Shown here: positions 17,848 through 27,225 of the stretch, one piece after another
Layout: each line of letters opens with the position of its first letter
Position numbering within the stretch: the stretch's first letter is position 1
Source of the DNA: Actinomycetales bacterium
GTDB taxonomy: Bacteria; Actinomycetota; Actinomycetes; Actinomycetales; JBBRBF01
Reading direction: 5' to 3'
Assembly (NCBI GenBank): GCA_038206105.1
Contig: JBBRBF010000016.1
Span: 655 to 64,654 of the forward strand
DNA length: 64,000 bases
Made by a program: the position numbers and the translations under genes
The notes under the pieces: generated by a model
The model's database searches: none
What the model was told of the DNA's origin: nothing
What the model saw: only the letters and a program-made list of their open reading frames with translations

Positions 17848-18672
17848 TCACGCCGCCTGGCACGTCGGGCACCAGAACAGGTTCCGGCCGGCGACCACCC
17901 GGGTCGCGACCGCGGTGCCACAGACCCGGCACGGCTGGCCCGTGCGGCGGTAGACGTAGTGGGCGTGCTCCCGGCGTACCGCGCCACCCGGCCGGTGCTC
18001 CGGCCGCGTCGTGACGATGCGGCCCCGCCGGACGCCGTCGCGCAACAGCACCCGCAGGTCGTCCCACAGGCCGGCCACGCGGTCGGCGTCGACGTCGCGG
18101 CCGGGCAGCGCGGGGTCGAGCCCCGCCCGGAACAGCGCCTCGGCGCGGTACACGTTGCCGACCCCGGCGACGACGTCCTGCTGCATCAGCAGCGCGCCGA
18201 CCGGAGTCCGGGAACGCCCCACCCGTGCCAGCAGCGGCGCCGGGGTTCCGTCGCGACGCAACGGGTCGGGGCCGAGCCGGGCGTGGACGGCGTCCTTCTC
18301 CGCCTCGTCGTGCATCTCGCAGGCGGTCGGGCCGCGCAGGTCCGCCCACGCCCCGGGCGCCACCAGCCGGAGCCGCAGCGCGCCGCGGGGCGCGGGCGGA
18401 TCACCGGCACCGAGGGCCCAGGCCCCGTACAGGCCGAGGTGGACGTGCAGCCACCGCCGCGGCGTGCCATCGGCAGCATCGGGGGCAGTGGCGGGACAGA
18501 GACCGAGCCACAGGTGCTTGCCGTGCGCGTCGCTGCGCACCACGTGCAGACCGTCGAGCCGCGCGGCCCCGTCGACGAACCGGCCCTGGGGGCTCGACGC
18601 CGCCACCGGCCCGCCGGCGAGGTCGCGTACGAGCCGCCGCGCCAGCCGGTGGACGGTATGACCCTCGGGCAC
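17848..18672 (-). CDS. nei: Fpg/Nei-family DNA glycosylase/AP lyase
   Basis: N-terminal PEGHT, HLGLYG, GVGNVYRAE H2TH motif, CRVC..CPTC zinc finger; synteny with rpiB. Confidence 0.93.
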   Translation of the reverse strand: MPEGHTVHRLARRLVRDLAGGPVAASSPQGRFVDGAARLDGLHVVRSDAHGKHLWLGLCPATAPDAADGTPRRWLHVHLGLYGAWALGAGDPPAPRGALRLRLVAPGAWADLRGPTACEMHDEAEKDAVHARLGPDPLRRDGTPAPLLARVGRSRTPVGALLMQQDVVAGVGNVYRAEALFRAGLDPALPGRDVDADRVAGLWDDLRVLLRDGVRRGRIVTTRPEHRPGGAVRREHAHYVYRRTGQPCRVCGTAVATRVVAGRNLFWCPTCQAA

Positions 18673-18673
18673 C

Positions 18674-19168
18674 TCAGCCGGCCGACGGGTCGGCCGGCGG
18701 CTCGGGCAGCGGTGGCAGCTCGCCGCTCGCCTCGTACCGGGCGACCTGCTCGATCCGGCGCAGGTGCCGGTCGGCGCCGCTGAACCGGGTCCGCACGAAG
18801 GCGTCGACGATCTCGGCCGCCTCGTCGAGGCCGTGCATCCGCGCCCCCACCCCGACGACGGTGGCGTCGTTGTGCTCCCGCGCCAGCACGGCGGTCTCCA
18901 CGTTCCAGGCCAGGGCCGCCCGCACCCCGGCGACCTTGTTCGCCGCGATCTGCTCCCCGTTGCCGGAGCCGCCCAGCACCACACCCAGGCTGCCCGGCTC
19001 GGCGGCGACCGCCCGGGCCGCCCGCAGGCAGAACGCGGGGTAGTCGTCCTCGGCGTCGTAGCGCCGCGGGCCGTGGCTGACCACGTCGTCCCCCGCGTCG
19101 GAGAGGTGGGCGACGAGGTGGTCCAGCAGCTCGAGGGCGGCGTGGTCCCCGCCGATGTGCACGCGCAT
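18674..19168 (-). CDS. rpiB: Ribose-5-phosphate isomerase B
   Basis: GGDHA, DDYP, GGSGNGEQIAANKV.GVRAAL, REHND, RHLRRI. Confidence 0.96.
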   Translation of the reverse strand: MRVHIGGDHAALELLDHLVAHLSDAGDDVVSHGPRRYDAEDDYPAFCLRAARAVAAEPGSLGVVLGGSGNGEQIAANKVAGVRAALAWNVETAVLAREHNDATVVGVGARMHGLDEAAEIVDAFVRTRFSGADRHLRRIEQVARYEASGELPPLPEPPADPSAG

Positions 19169-19244
19169 GCGTGCATCCTCCCAGCACCTGGGACCAGCAG
19201 CCCCCGGGACCGGCGCGCGCGCAGTCGCGGCGCCGGGCAGGGCG

Positions 19245-19895
19245 TCAGTCGAAGATCGGGCCCTGCTCGCGCGAGCGCTTGAGCTCGTAGAATCCCGGCG
19301 TGGACGCGACGGCGACGACGCCGTCCCACAGCCGCGCCGCGGCCTCGCCCTGAGGGGCGGGGGTGACGACCGGCCCGAAGAAGGCGACCCCCTCCACGGC
19401 GATCACGGGCGTGCCGACGTCCAGCCCGACGAGGGAGATGCCCCGCTCGTGGCTGGCGTGCAGCTGCTCGTCGTACTCGGTGGACGTGGCGTAGCCGGCG
19501 AGGTCGGCCGGCAGGCCGACGTCGGCGAGGGCACCCGCGACGACCGTGTCGAGGTCCTTCTCGCCGCCGGGGTGGATGCGCGTACCCAGCGCGTCGTACA
19601 GCGGCTTGACGACTTCGTCGCCGTGCAGCTGCTGCGCCGCCACCACGACCCGGACCGGGCCGAGGGCGGCGCGCATCGCCTCGGCGTACTCCTCGGGCAC
19701 GTCGTTGCCCTCGTTCAGCAGCGACAGGCTCATCACGTTCCAGCGCACGTCCACCGGACGCACCTGCTCGACCTGCTCCATCCAGCGGGACGTCATCCAG
19801 GCCCACGGGCACACCGGGTCGAACCAGAAGTCCGCCGTCACCCGCCGCTCGCCGGGGTTGTCCGCGGCGCGCGTCTCGTCGTGGGTCAGGGTCAT
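19245..19895 (-). CDS. Rv2466c-like DsbA-fold mycothiol-dependent reductase (mycoredoxin)
   Basis: DFWFDPVCPWAW, VGTPVI, FFGPV, FYELKRSR; GGAGG RBS; divergent from pepN as in Mycobacterium. Confidence 0.92.
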   Translation of the reverse strand: MTLTHDETRAADNPGERRVTADFWFDPVCPWAWMTSRWMEQVEQVRPVDVRWNVMSLSLLNEGNDVPEEYAEAMRAALGPVRVVVAAQQLHGDEVVKPLYDALGTRIHPGGEKDLDTVVAGALADVGLPADLAGYATSTEYDEQLHASHERGISLVGLDVGTPVIAVEGVAFFGPVVTPAPQGEAAARLWDGVVAVASTPGFYELKRSREQGPIFD

Positions 19896-19956
19896 CGCCG
19901 GGCCTCCGTGCGTCGATCGGGTGTCCCGTGCTCCTGCCAGGACCGTCGAGGGCGCC

Positions 19957-19982
19957 AGCGTCGGGCAGCGTGAGAACATTCC
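19957..19982 (-). promoter_or_regulatory. sigmaR/sigmaH-like promoter of the Rv2466c homolog
   Basis: GGAAT-N18-GCT(GG) versus consensus GGAAT-N18-GTT; Rv2466c is a known SigH target. Confidence 0.55.
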
Positions 19983-20078
19983 GCTCGTCCGCGGCGCCGA
20001 CCCCTGCGCCCGGCCCGCCCGGCCCGGGACCGGCGCAGACCGCGCCGCCCTGTCCGACGAGACCCGCCTGGAGCAGCC

Positions 20079-22667
20079 GTGCCCGGCATGAACCTCACCC
20101 GCGACGAGGCCCGCGAGCGCGCAGCCACCGTCGAGGTCTCCAGCTACGACGTCACGCTCGACGTGCGGTCGCCGGGCGAGACGTTCCGCTCGACCAGCGT
20201 CGTCCGGTTCCGGCACTGCGGCGGCCCGGCGTCCACGTTCGTCGACCTCGTCTCCACACGGGTGCATGTGGTTCGCCTCAACGGCACCGACCTCGACCCG
20301 GCCGAGGTCTGCGACGGCACGCGCGTGCACCTGCCTGCCCTCGCGGAGACCAACGAGCTCGTCGTCGAGGCCGACTGCGACTACATGAACACGGGCGAGG
20401 GCCTGCACCGCTTCGTCGACCCGGTCGACTCCGAGGTCTACCTGTACAGCCAGTTCGAAGTGGCCGACGCGCGACGGGTGTTCGCGGTCTTCGACCAGCC
20501 CGACGTCAAGGCGGCCTTCTCGTTCACGGTGCACGCACCGGGTCACTGGGAGGTCGTGTCGAACTCGCCGACGCCGAGGCCCGAGCGGGCGGACGACGAC
20601 TCGGCCGTGTGGCGCTTCGCCCCGACCCCCCGGCTGGCGCCGTACGTGACCGCCGTCGTCGCGGGCCCGTACCACCGCGTCGGGTCCGAGCTCCGGAGCC
20701 GCGACGGACGGACGATCCCCGCGTCGGTGTACTGCCGTCGCTCGCTGGCGGAGCACCTGGACGCCGAGGAGATCCTCGACGTCACCCGCAGGGGGTTCGC
20801 CTACTACGAGGACCTGTTCGACCTGGCGTACCCCTTCGAGAAGTACGACCAGCTGTTCGTGCCGGAGTTCAACGCCGGGGCGATGGAGAACGCCGGCGCT
20901 GTGACGATCCTCGAGTCGTACGTCTTCCGCTCCAAGGTGCCCGACGCGACGGTCGAGCGCCGCGCCCTGACGATCCTGCACGAGCTCGCCCACATGTGGT
21001 TCGGCGACCTCGTCACGATGCGCTGGTGGGACGACCTGTGGCTGAACGAGTCGTTCGCGGAGTTCGTCTCGACGCTGGCACTGGTCGAGGCCACGCGCTG
21101 GCGGCAGGCGTGGACGACGTTCTCGTCGGTGGAGAAGTCGTGGGCCTACCGCCAGGACCAGCTGTCGTCGACCCACCCGATCGTCGCCGACATCCGCGAC
21201 CTCGAGGACGTCGAGGTCAACTTCGACGGGATCACCTACGCCAAGGGCGCCAGCGTGCTCAAGCAGCTCGTGGCGTGGGTGGGGCGCGACGAGTTCGTCG
21301 CCGGTGTGCGGCACTACTTCCGACGGCACGCGTGGGGCAACACCGAGCTGGCCGACCTGCTCGCCGAGCTGGAGGCGACGTCGGGGCGCGACCTGACGGC
21401 CTGGTCCCGGCTGTGGCTCGAGCAGGCCGGCGTGACCACGCTGCGTCCCGACCTCGAGGTCGACGCCGACGGGTGCGTGGTGGCCGCCGCCGTCGTCCAG
21501 GAGGTCCCGGAGTCCCACCCCCTGCACCGGCCGCACCGCGTGGCCATCGGTGGGTACGACCTCGACGGCGACCGACTGGTCCGCACCACCCGCGTCGAGC
21601 TGGACGTGGCCGGGGAGCGCACCGAGGTCCCCGACCTCGTCGGACGGACGCGACCCGACCTGCTGCTGGTCAACGACGACGACCTCGCCTACGCCAAGAT
21701 CCGCCTCGACGCGACGTCGCTGGCGACGGCCGTGGCCCACCTCGGCGGCTTCGCCGACTCCCTGCCCCGCAGCCTCGTGCTCGCCGCGTCGTGGGACATG
21801 ACGCGGGACGCCGAGATGGCCCCCCGCGACTACGCCGACCTCGTGCTCGACAACCTGGCGGCCGAGTCGGACTCCTCGGTGGTGATGGTGCTGCTGCGCC
21901 AGCTCGCCGCCACGTTGAGGCTGTACGTCGCCCCGGAGCACCGCGGGGACTCGGTGCGCGCCGCGGCCGACCGGCTCTGGGAGCTCGCGCGGACCGCCGC
22001 CCACGGGTCCGACACCCAGCTACAGCTGGTGAAGTCGGCGGCGGGCCTGTCCCGCAGCGGCACCCAGCTCGACGCGGTCGCCGCCCAGCTGGACGGCGCC
22101 ACCCAGTTCGACGGCGCCACCCAGTTCGACGGCGAAGGGGCCCTGCCGGGGCTGACGGTCGACACCGACCTGCGGTGGGAGCTGCTGATCGCGCTGGTGG
22201 CGGGCGGCCGCGCCGGGACCGCGGAGATCAACGCGGAGGTCGCCCGGGACGACACCGCGACGGGCCGGCGCGCGGCTGCCGCCGCGCGCGCAGCGGTGCC
22301 CGCCCTCGCGGCGAAGGCCGCGGCCTGGCACGACGTGGTGGACTCCGACGAGCTGCCGAACGCGGTGCAGGCCTCGATCATCTCCGGCTTCTCGCACACC
22401 GACGACGCCGGACTGCTGGAGCCGTTCGTCGAGCCGTACTTCGACGCCCTGGTCCCCACCTGGACCACGAGGACCAACGAGATGGCCCAGCAGGTCGTCG
22501 TCGGCCTCTACCCGGTGCTGCTGGCCTCGGCCGGGCTGCTGGAGCGCACCGACGCCTTCCTGACAGGCCTCGGCGCCGACCACCCCGCGCTCGCCCGCCT
22601 GGTCGGTGAGAGCCGCGACGCCGTCGTGCGCGCGCTCCGGGCGCAGGAGCGCGACCGGTCGCGCTGA
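20079..22667 (+). CDS. pepN: Aminopeptidase N (M1 family)
   Basis: GAMENAG, HELAHMWFGD, WLNESFAE, ITYAKG. Confidence 0.97.
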   Translation: MPGMNLTRDEARERAATVEVSSYDVTLDVRSPGETFRSTSVVRFRHCGGPASTFVDLVSTRVHVVRLNGTDLDPAEVCDGTRVHLPALAETNELVVEADCDYMNTGEGLHRFVDPVDSEVYLYSQFEVADARRVFAVFDQPDVKAAFSFTVHAPGHWEVVSNSPTPRPERADDDSAVWRFAPTPRLAPYVTAVVAGPYHRVGSELRSRDGRTIPASVYCRRSLAEHLDAEEILDVTRRGFAYYEDLFDLAYPFEKYDQLFVPEFNAGAMENAGAVTILESYVFRSKVPDATVERRALTILHELAHMWFGDLVTMRWWDDLWLNESFAEFVSTLALVEATRWRQAWTTFSSVEKSWAYRQDQLSSTHPIVADIRDLEDVEVNFDGITYAKGASVLKQLVAWVGRDEFVAGVRHYFRRHAWGNTELADLLAELEATSGRDLTAWSRLWLEQAGVTTLRPDLEVDADGCVVAAAVVQEVPESHPLHRPHRVAIGGYDLDGDRLVRTTRVELDVAGERTEVPDLVGRTRPDLLLVNDDDLAYAKIRLDATSLATAVAHLGGFADSLPRSLVLAASWDMTRDAEMAPRDYADLVLDNLAAESDSSVVMVLLRQLAATLRLYVAPEHRGDSVRAAADRLWELARTAAHGSDTQLQLVKSAAGLSRSGTQLDAVAAQLDGATQFDGATQFDGEGALPGLTVDTDLRWELLIALVAGGRAGTAEINAEVARDDTATGRRAAAAARAAVPALAAKAAAWHDVVDSDELPNAVQASIISGFSHTDDAGLLEPFVEPYFDALVPTWTTRTNEMAQQVVVGLYPVLLASAGLLERTDAFLTGLGADHPALARLVGESRDAVVRALRAQERDRSR
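22092..22134. repeat. In-frame 18-bp tandem duplication in pepN (DGATQF x2)
   Basis: GACGGCGCCACCCAGTTC twice, then GACGGCG. Confidence 0.9.
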
Positions 22668-22685
22668 TCCGCAGGCCGGACCGGG

Positions 22686-24821
22686 TCAGCGGCGGGTGAC
22701 GGCCTCGGCGAGGGACAGCGCACGTGGCCGGGTGCGCAGGTCCTCGACGAGCACCACCTGGCCGGCGCCGTCCGCCAGCGGCAGCCTCCAGTTCGGGTAC
22801 TCGTCCGAGGTCCCGGGCTGGTTCTGCGCCCTGCGGTCCCCGACCGCGTCGGGCAGCGCGACCCCGAGCAACCGGCACGGGGTCCACGTGAGGTAGCGGT
22901 GCAGGGCCTCGACCACCTGGCGCTCCGTGGCCTCCGGCGGCAGCAGGCCCAGCTCACGCAGCCGCGCCAGGACCGCGGCACGCTCCGCCTCGTCCACGGC
23001 GTACTCCTCCGCGACCGGGCGCGTCAGCAGACCCAGCCGGTCCCGCAGCTCGATGTGCTCGCCGGCGAGGTAGCCGGCCGTCGGGGGGAGGTCGTGCGTG
23101 GTGACCGTCGCCAGGCACAGCTCGCGCCAGCGCTCGGGACGCAGCGGCGCGCCGTCGTCGTCCTTCTCGAACCACAGGATCGACGTGCCGAGCACCCCCC
23201 GCTCCTGCAGGTAGTCGCGGACCCAGGGCTCGACCGTGCCGAGGTCCTCGCCGACGACGAAGGCTCCGGCCCGGTGGGCCTCCAGCGCGAGGATGCCGAT
23301 GAGCGCCTCGTGGTCGTAGCGCACGTATGTGCCCGCGGCGGGCCCCGCGCCCGGCGGAACCCACCAGAGCCGGAACAACCCGATCACGTGGTCGACCCGC
23401 AGCCCGCCCGCGTGCCGCAGCACCGTGCGCAGCATGTCGCGGTAGGGGGCGTAGCCGGCCTCGGCCAGCCCGTCGGGGCGCCACGGCGGCTGGCTCCAGT
23501 CCTGGCCCTGCTGGTTGAACGCGTCCGGCGGGGCTCCCACCGTCACCCCCGACGCGAGCACGCCCTGCAGGGCCCACGTGTCTGCCCCCTCCGGGTGCAC
23601 GCCGACGGCCAGGTCGTGCACCACCCCGACCGACATGCCCGCCTCACGCGCACCGGCCTGCACCGCGGCGAGCTGGCAGTCCGCCACCCACTGCAGCCAC
23701 GCGTGGAACTCGACGCGGTCGGCGAGACTGTGCCGCAGGCCGGCGACGAGGTCGCTGCCGGGGTCGTGGGCCTCCGGCGGCCACGTCGAGGAGGGCAGCC
23801 CGAAGTGCTCGGCGAGCGCGCACCAGAGCGCGAAGTCGGCCAGGCCCCGCCCCTCGCGCTGCTGGAACGCGTCGAACGCGGCCTGGCGGGCCGGGCTGCG
23901 CGGGTGCATGAAGACGGTCTCGAGCGCGGCGCGCTTCGCCGGCCAGGCCGCGTCGCGGTCGATCCGGCCCGGGTCGGTGACGGTGGCCCGCAACGCCTCC
24001 GCCTGCCACTCCACCAGGGCGCGGTCGGTCGAGGGCAGGTACGCGGTCTCGCGCACGTCCTCAACGCGGACGTACAGCGGGTTGACGAACCGGCGGGTGG
24101 TCGGCAGGTACGGCGACGGCTCCATCCGGCCCACGGGCTCCGCGGCGTGCAGCGGGTTGACGAGCACGAAGTCCGCGCCGAGGTCGCGCCCGCTCCAGTC
24201 GACGAGCTCGGCGAGGTCGGCGAGGTCGCCGACCCCCCAGGACGCCTTCGAGCGCACCGCGTACAGCTGCGCCATGAAGCCCCAGGACTGCCCCTCGGCG
24301 AGCCCCGGCGGCAGCTGCAGGCGCTCCGGGGTCACCACCAGCGGGCACGACGCGGCGGACCGGCCCCCGACCTCCGCGTGCAGCACGTGCCAGCCGAGCG
24401 GCAGGTCGCCGGGCACCTCCACGGTGGCGCGCCCGACGAGCGCGCCGTCGACGGTGCGGGGCTCGACCCAGGTGTCGCGCTGGCGCACGTCTCGCGTGCC
24501 GCCGTCCTCGAGCTCGACCCACGCGTGCACGGGCTCGCCGTGGGTGACGTGCACCGCGACCGTGGGGGTGCGGCCCTGGCGGGTCACCACGACGGGGGGC
24601 AGCGTGCGGCGCCAGGGCGCGTCGGCGTCGTCCGCGAGGGACCGCTCGACGGCGGCCTCGTCGTCGCAAGGCACGTCGAGCGCCCCGAGGACGGCCCGGA
24701 TCGTCGACCGGGGCACGCTCGTGTGCTGGCCCTGCCAGTCCCAGAACTCCGTGGCGACGCCGTGCGCGTGGGCCAGCTCGACGAGTCGTGTCGACGGTGC
24801 GTCGGGGGTCGAGTCGCTCAC
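22686..24821 (-). CDS. malQ: 4-alpha-glucanotransferase (amylomaltase, GH77)
   Basis: QLYAVRS..SWG.GD, PSPY, HDLAVG, RVDHVIG, GEDLG, TTHDLP, QPGT..EYPNW. Confidence 0.96.
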   Translation of the reverse strand: MSDSTPDAPSTRLVELAHAHGVATEFWDWQGQHTSVPRSTIRAVLGALDVPCDDEAAVERSLADDADAPWRRTLPPVVVTRQGRTPTVAVHVTHGEPVHAWVELEDGGTRDVRQRDTWVEPRTVDGALVGRATVEVPGDLPLGWHVLHAEVGGRSAASCPLVVTPERLQLPPGLAEGQSWGFMAQLYAVRSKASWGVGDLADLAELVDWSGRDLGADFVLVNPLHAAEPVGRMEPSPYLPTTRRFVNPLYVRVEDVRETAYLPSTDRALVEWQAEALRATVTDPGRIDRDAAWPAKRAALETVFMHPRSPARQAAFDAFQQREGRGLADFALWCALAEHFGLPSSTWPPEAHDPGSDLVAGLRHSLADRVEFHAWLQWVADCQLAAVQAGAREAGMSVGVVHDLAVGVHPEGADTWALQGVLASGVTVGAPPDAFNQQGQDWSQPPWRPDGLAEAGYAPYRDMLRTVLRHAGGLRVDHVIGLFRLWWVPPGAGPAAGTYVRYDHEALIGILALEAHRAGAFVVGEDLGTVEPWVRDYLQERGVLGTSILWFEKDDDGAPLRPERWRELCLATVTTHDLPPTAGYLAGEHIELRDRLGLLTRPVAEEYAVDEAERAAVLARLRELGLLPPEATERQVVEALHRYLTWTPCRLLGVALPDAVGDRRAQNQPGTSDEYPNWRLPLADGAGQVVLVEDLRTRPRALSLAEAVTRR

Positions 24822-24993
24822 GTGGTGGGGCTCCCGGAGTGCGGCGGGGTGTCGCAGGGCGCGCCAACCCTGCCACGTCGGTCGGCGGACGACGCGACGA
24901 GGACGACGCAGGGGCGATGGCCGGGCGCCGCCGACCGTCGGGCGCCGCCGTCCTGGCCCGCGAGGGGTCCCGGCAGCCCTAGGCTCAGCGACC

Positions 24994-27177
24994 ATGACCG
25001 TGCCCTCCCCGGCGGCCCCGGACTACCCGCCCGCCGAACGGCTCGACCTGGTCGAGCAGCTCCCGCCGGACGCCCCGCGGCACGCCGTCGCCGACCCCTA
25101 CCGCTGGCTCGAGGACGCCGACGACCCCCGCACGCAGGCCTGGTCGCGGGCCCAGGACGAGCTGCTCACGGCCCAGCGCGCGACGTGGGACGGCCGCCCG
25201 AGGATGGCGCAGCGGGTCCGCGAGCTGTTGTCCGCCGGCACCGTGGGACCACCGGTGTGGCGTCAGGACCGCCACTTCCTGGTGCGCCGGCTCGGCCACC
25301 AGGAGCACGGCGTGCTGCTGCTGCGCGAGCCCGACGGCGACGGCGGCTGGGTCGAGCGGGTGCTCGTCGACCCGATGGCACGGGACCCGGCCGGCACGAC
25401 GACCCTGGACGCCTACCGGCCCAGCCCGGACGGGGAGCTGTTGGCGTACCAGCTCTCCGAGGGCGGCACCGAGGAGAGCGTGCTGCGGGTGATGGACGTC
25501 TTCACCGGCTATGACGTCGACGGCCCGCTGGACCGGACCCGGTTCTCACCGGTGTCGTGGCTGCCGGACGGGCGCCGCTTCTTCTACGTGCGCCGGCTCG
25601 ACCCCGCGACCCTGCCCGCCGGCGAGGAGCAGTACCACCGCCGGGTGTGGCTGCACACCGTCGGCGCCGACCCGGCCACCGACGTCGAGGTGTTCGGCGC
25701 CGGCCGTGCCGCTACCACCTACTACGGCACGTCGGTCTCCCGGGACGGCCGCTGGCTGAGCGTCTCCGCCGCCGAGGGCACCGCCCCGCGCAACGACGTG
25801 TGGCTGGCCGACCTGCACGCCTCGTCCCCCGAGGCACCGGCCCTCGTCGAGGTCGCCGTCGGGCTCGACTCGCACACCGGCGCCTTCGTCGGTCGCGACG
25901 GCCGGCTGTACGTCGCCACCGACCAGGACGCACCGCGTGGCCGGCTCGCGGTCGCCGACCCCTCGTCCCCCGGCCGCGACGCGTGGCGCGACCTGCTGCC
26001 GGAGCGCGCGGACGCCGTCCTGGAGGACTTCGCAGTGCTGGACGGCCCGGAGCTCGGTGACCGGCCCGTCCTCGTCGCGTCGTGGACGCGCCACGCGGTC
26101 AGCGAGGTCACCGTGCACGACCTGTCGGACGGGCGGCAGGTCGGCGACGTCGCGCTGCCCGGGCTCGGCACCGTCGGTGGGCTGATCGAGCGCCCCGAGG
26201 GCGGGCACGAGGTGTGGTTCACCTACACCGACCACACCACGCTGCCCCAGGTGCACCGGTACGACGCCCGCACCGGACGCCTCGACGTCTGGGCGACCCC
26301 GCCCGGGGCTGTGCGCGTGCCGGACGTCACGGCGCGCCAGGTCGCGACCACGAGCCCCGACGGCACGACGGTGCGCTACTTCGTGGTGGCCCGGTCCGAC
26401 GTCCTCGACGCCGACGGCGGCCCGACCGCGCCGGCGCCGACCGTGCTCTACGGCTACGGCGGCTTCGGGCTGTCGATGAGCCCCGGCTACTCCGCCACGG
26501 CGCTGGCGTGGGTCGAGGCGGGCGGGGTGTGGGTCGTCGCGTGCCTGCGCGGCGGCGGCGAGGAGGGCGAGTCGTGGCACCGCGACGGTATGCGCGCGGT
26601 GAAGCAGCACACGTTCGACGACTTCCACGCGGTCGCCGATGCCCTCGTGGCCGACGGCTGGACCGCTCCCGAGCTGCTCGCGGCGTCCGGCGGCTCCAAC
26701 GGCGGCCTGCTCGTGGGGGCGGCGCTGACCCAGCGGCCGAGCACTTTCGCAGCGGTGCTGTGCGCCGCGCCGCTGCTCGACATGGTCCGCTACCAGCGCC
26801 ACGGGCTGGGCGTGACGTGGAGCGAGGAGTACGGCGACGCCTCCGACCCCGACCAGCTCGGCTGGCTGCTCGGCTACTCCCCGTACCACGCGGTGTCCCC
26901 CGGCACCCGGTACCCGGCGACGCTGTTCACGATCTTCGAGGGCGACACGCGGGTCGACCCGCTGCACGCGCGCAAGATGGCCGCGGCCCTGCAGCACGCG
27001 ACGTGCGTCGAGGTGGACGACGCCCCCGTGCTCGTGCGCCTCGAGACCGGCGTCGGTCACGGCGCGCGGGCCCTGTCGCGCACGATCGAGCTCGTCGCCG
27101 ACACGCTCGCCTTCGCGGCCCGTCACACCGGTCTGGACCTCCGGACGCCGGAGCCGCCGGTCGCCGGAGTCCGCTAG
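24994..27177 (+). CDS. Prolyl oligopeptidase (S9A)
   Basis: DPYRWLED, YGYGGF, GGSNGGL (catalytic Ser), DTRV, GHG; TAGGCT -10 eight nt upstream. Confidence 0.95.
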   Translation: MTVPSPAAPDYPPAERLDLVEQLPPDAPRHAVADPYRWLEDADDPRTQAWSRAQDELLTAQRATWDGRPRMAQRVRELLSAGTVGPPVWRQDRHFLVRRLGHQEHGVLLLREPDGDGGWVERVLVDPMARDPAGTTTLDAYRPSPDGELLAYQLSEGGTEESVLRVMDVFTGYDVDGPLDRTRFSPVSWLPDGRRFFYVRRLDPATLPAGEEQYHRRVWLHTVGADPATDVEVFGAGRAATTYYGTSVSRDGRWLSVSAAEGTAPRNDVWLADLHASSPEAPALVEVAVGLDSHTGAFVGRDGRLYVATDQDAPRGRLAVADPSSPGRDAWRDLLPERADAVLEDFAVLDGPELGDRPVLVASWTRHAVSEVTVHDLSDGRQVGDVALPGLGTVGGLIERPEGGHEVWFTYTDHTTLPQVHRYDARTGRLDVWATPPGAVRVPDVTARQVATTSPDGTTVRYFVVARSDVLDADGGPTAPAPTVLYGYGGFGLSMSPGYSATALAWVEAGGVWVVACLRGGGEEGESWHRDGMRAVKQHTFDDFHAVADALVADGWTAPELLAASGGSNGGLLVGAALTQRPSTFAAVLCAAPLLDMVRYQRHGLGVTWSEEYGDASDPDQLGWLLGYSPYHAVSPGTRYPATLFTIFEGDTRVDPLHARKMAAALQHATCVEVDDAPVLVRLETGVGHGARALSRTIELVADTLAFAARHTGLDLRTPEPPVAGVR

Positions 27178-27225
27178 CCTCGACGGCTCGTTCCCCCGTC
27201 CCCGCTCGAGGAGCCTGACGCCGTC

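Noticed and set aside
19896-22004. 700-aa N-terminal extension on the Rv2466c homolog
   Set aside because: Antisense to pepN; the true start at 19895 has a GGAGG RBS
23515-24993. Apparent large N-terminal domain on prolyl oligopeptidase
   Set aside because: Antisense to malQ; a -10 element supports the ATG at 24994
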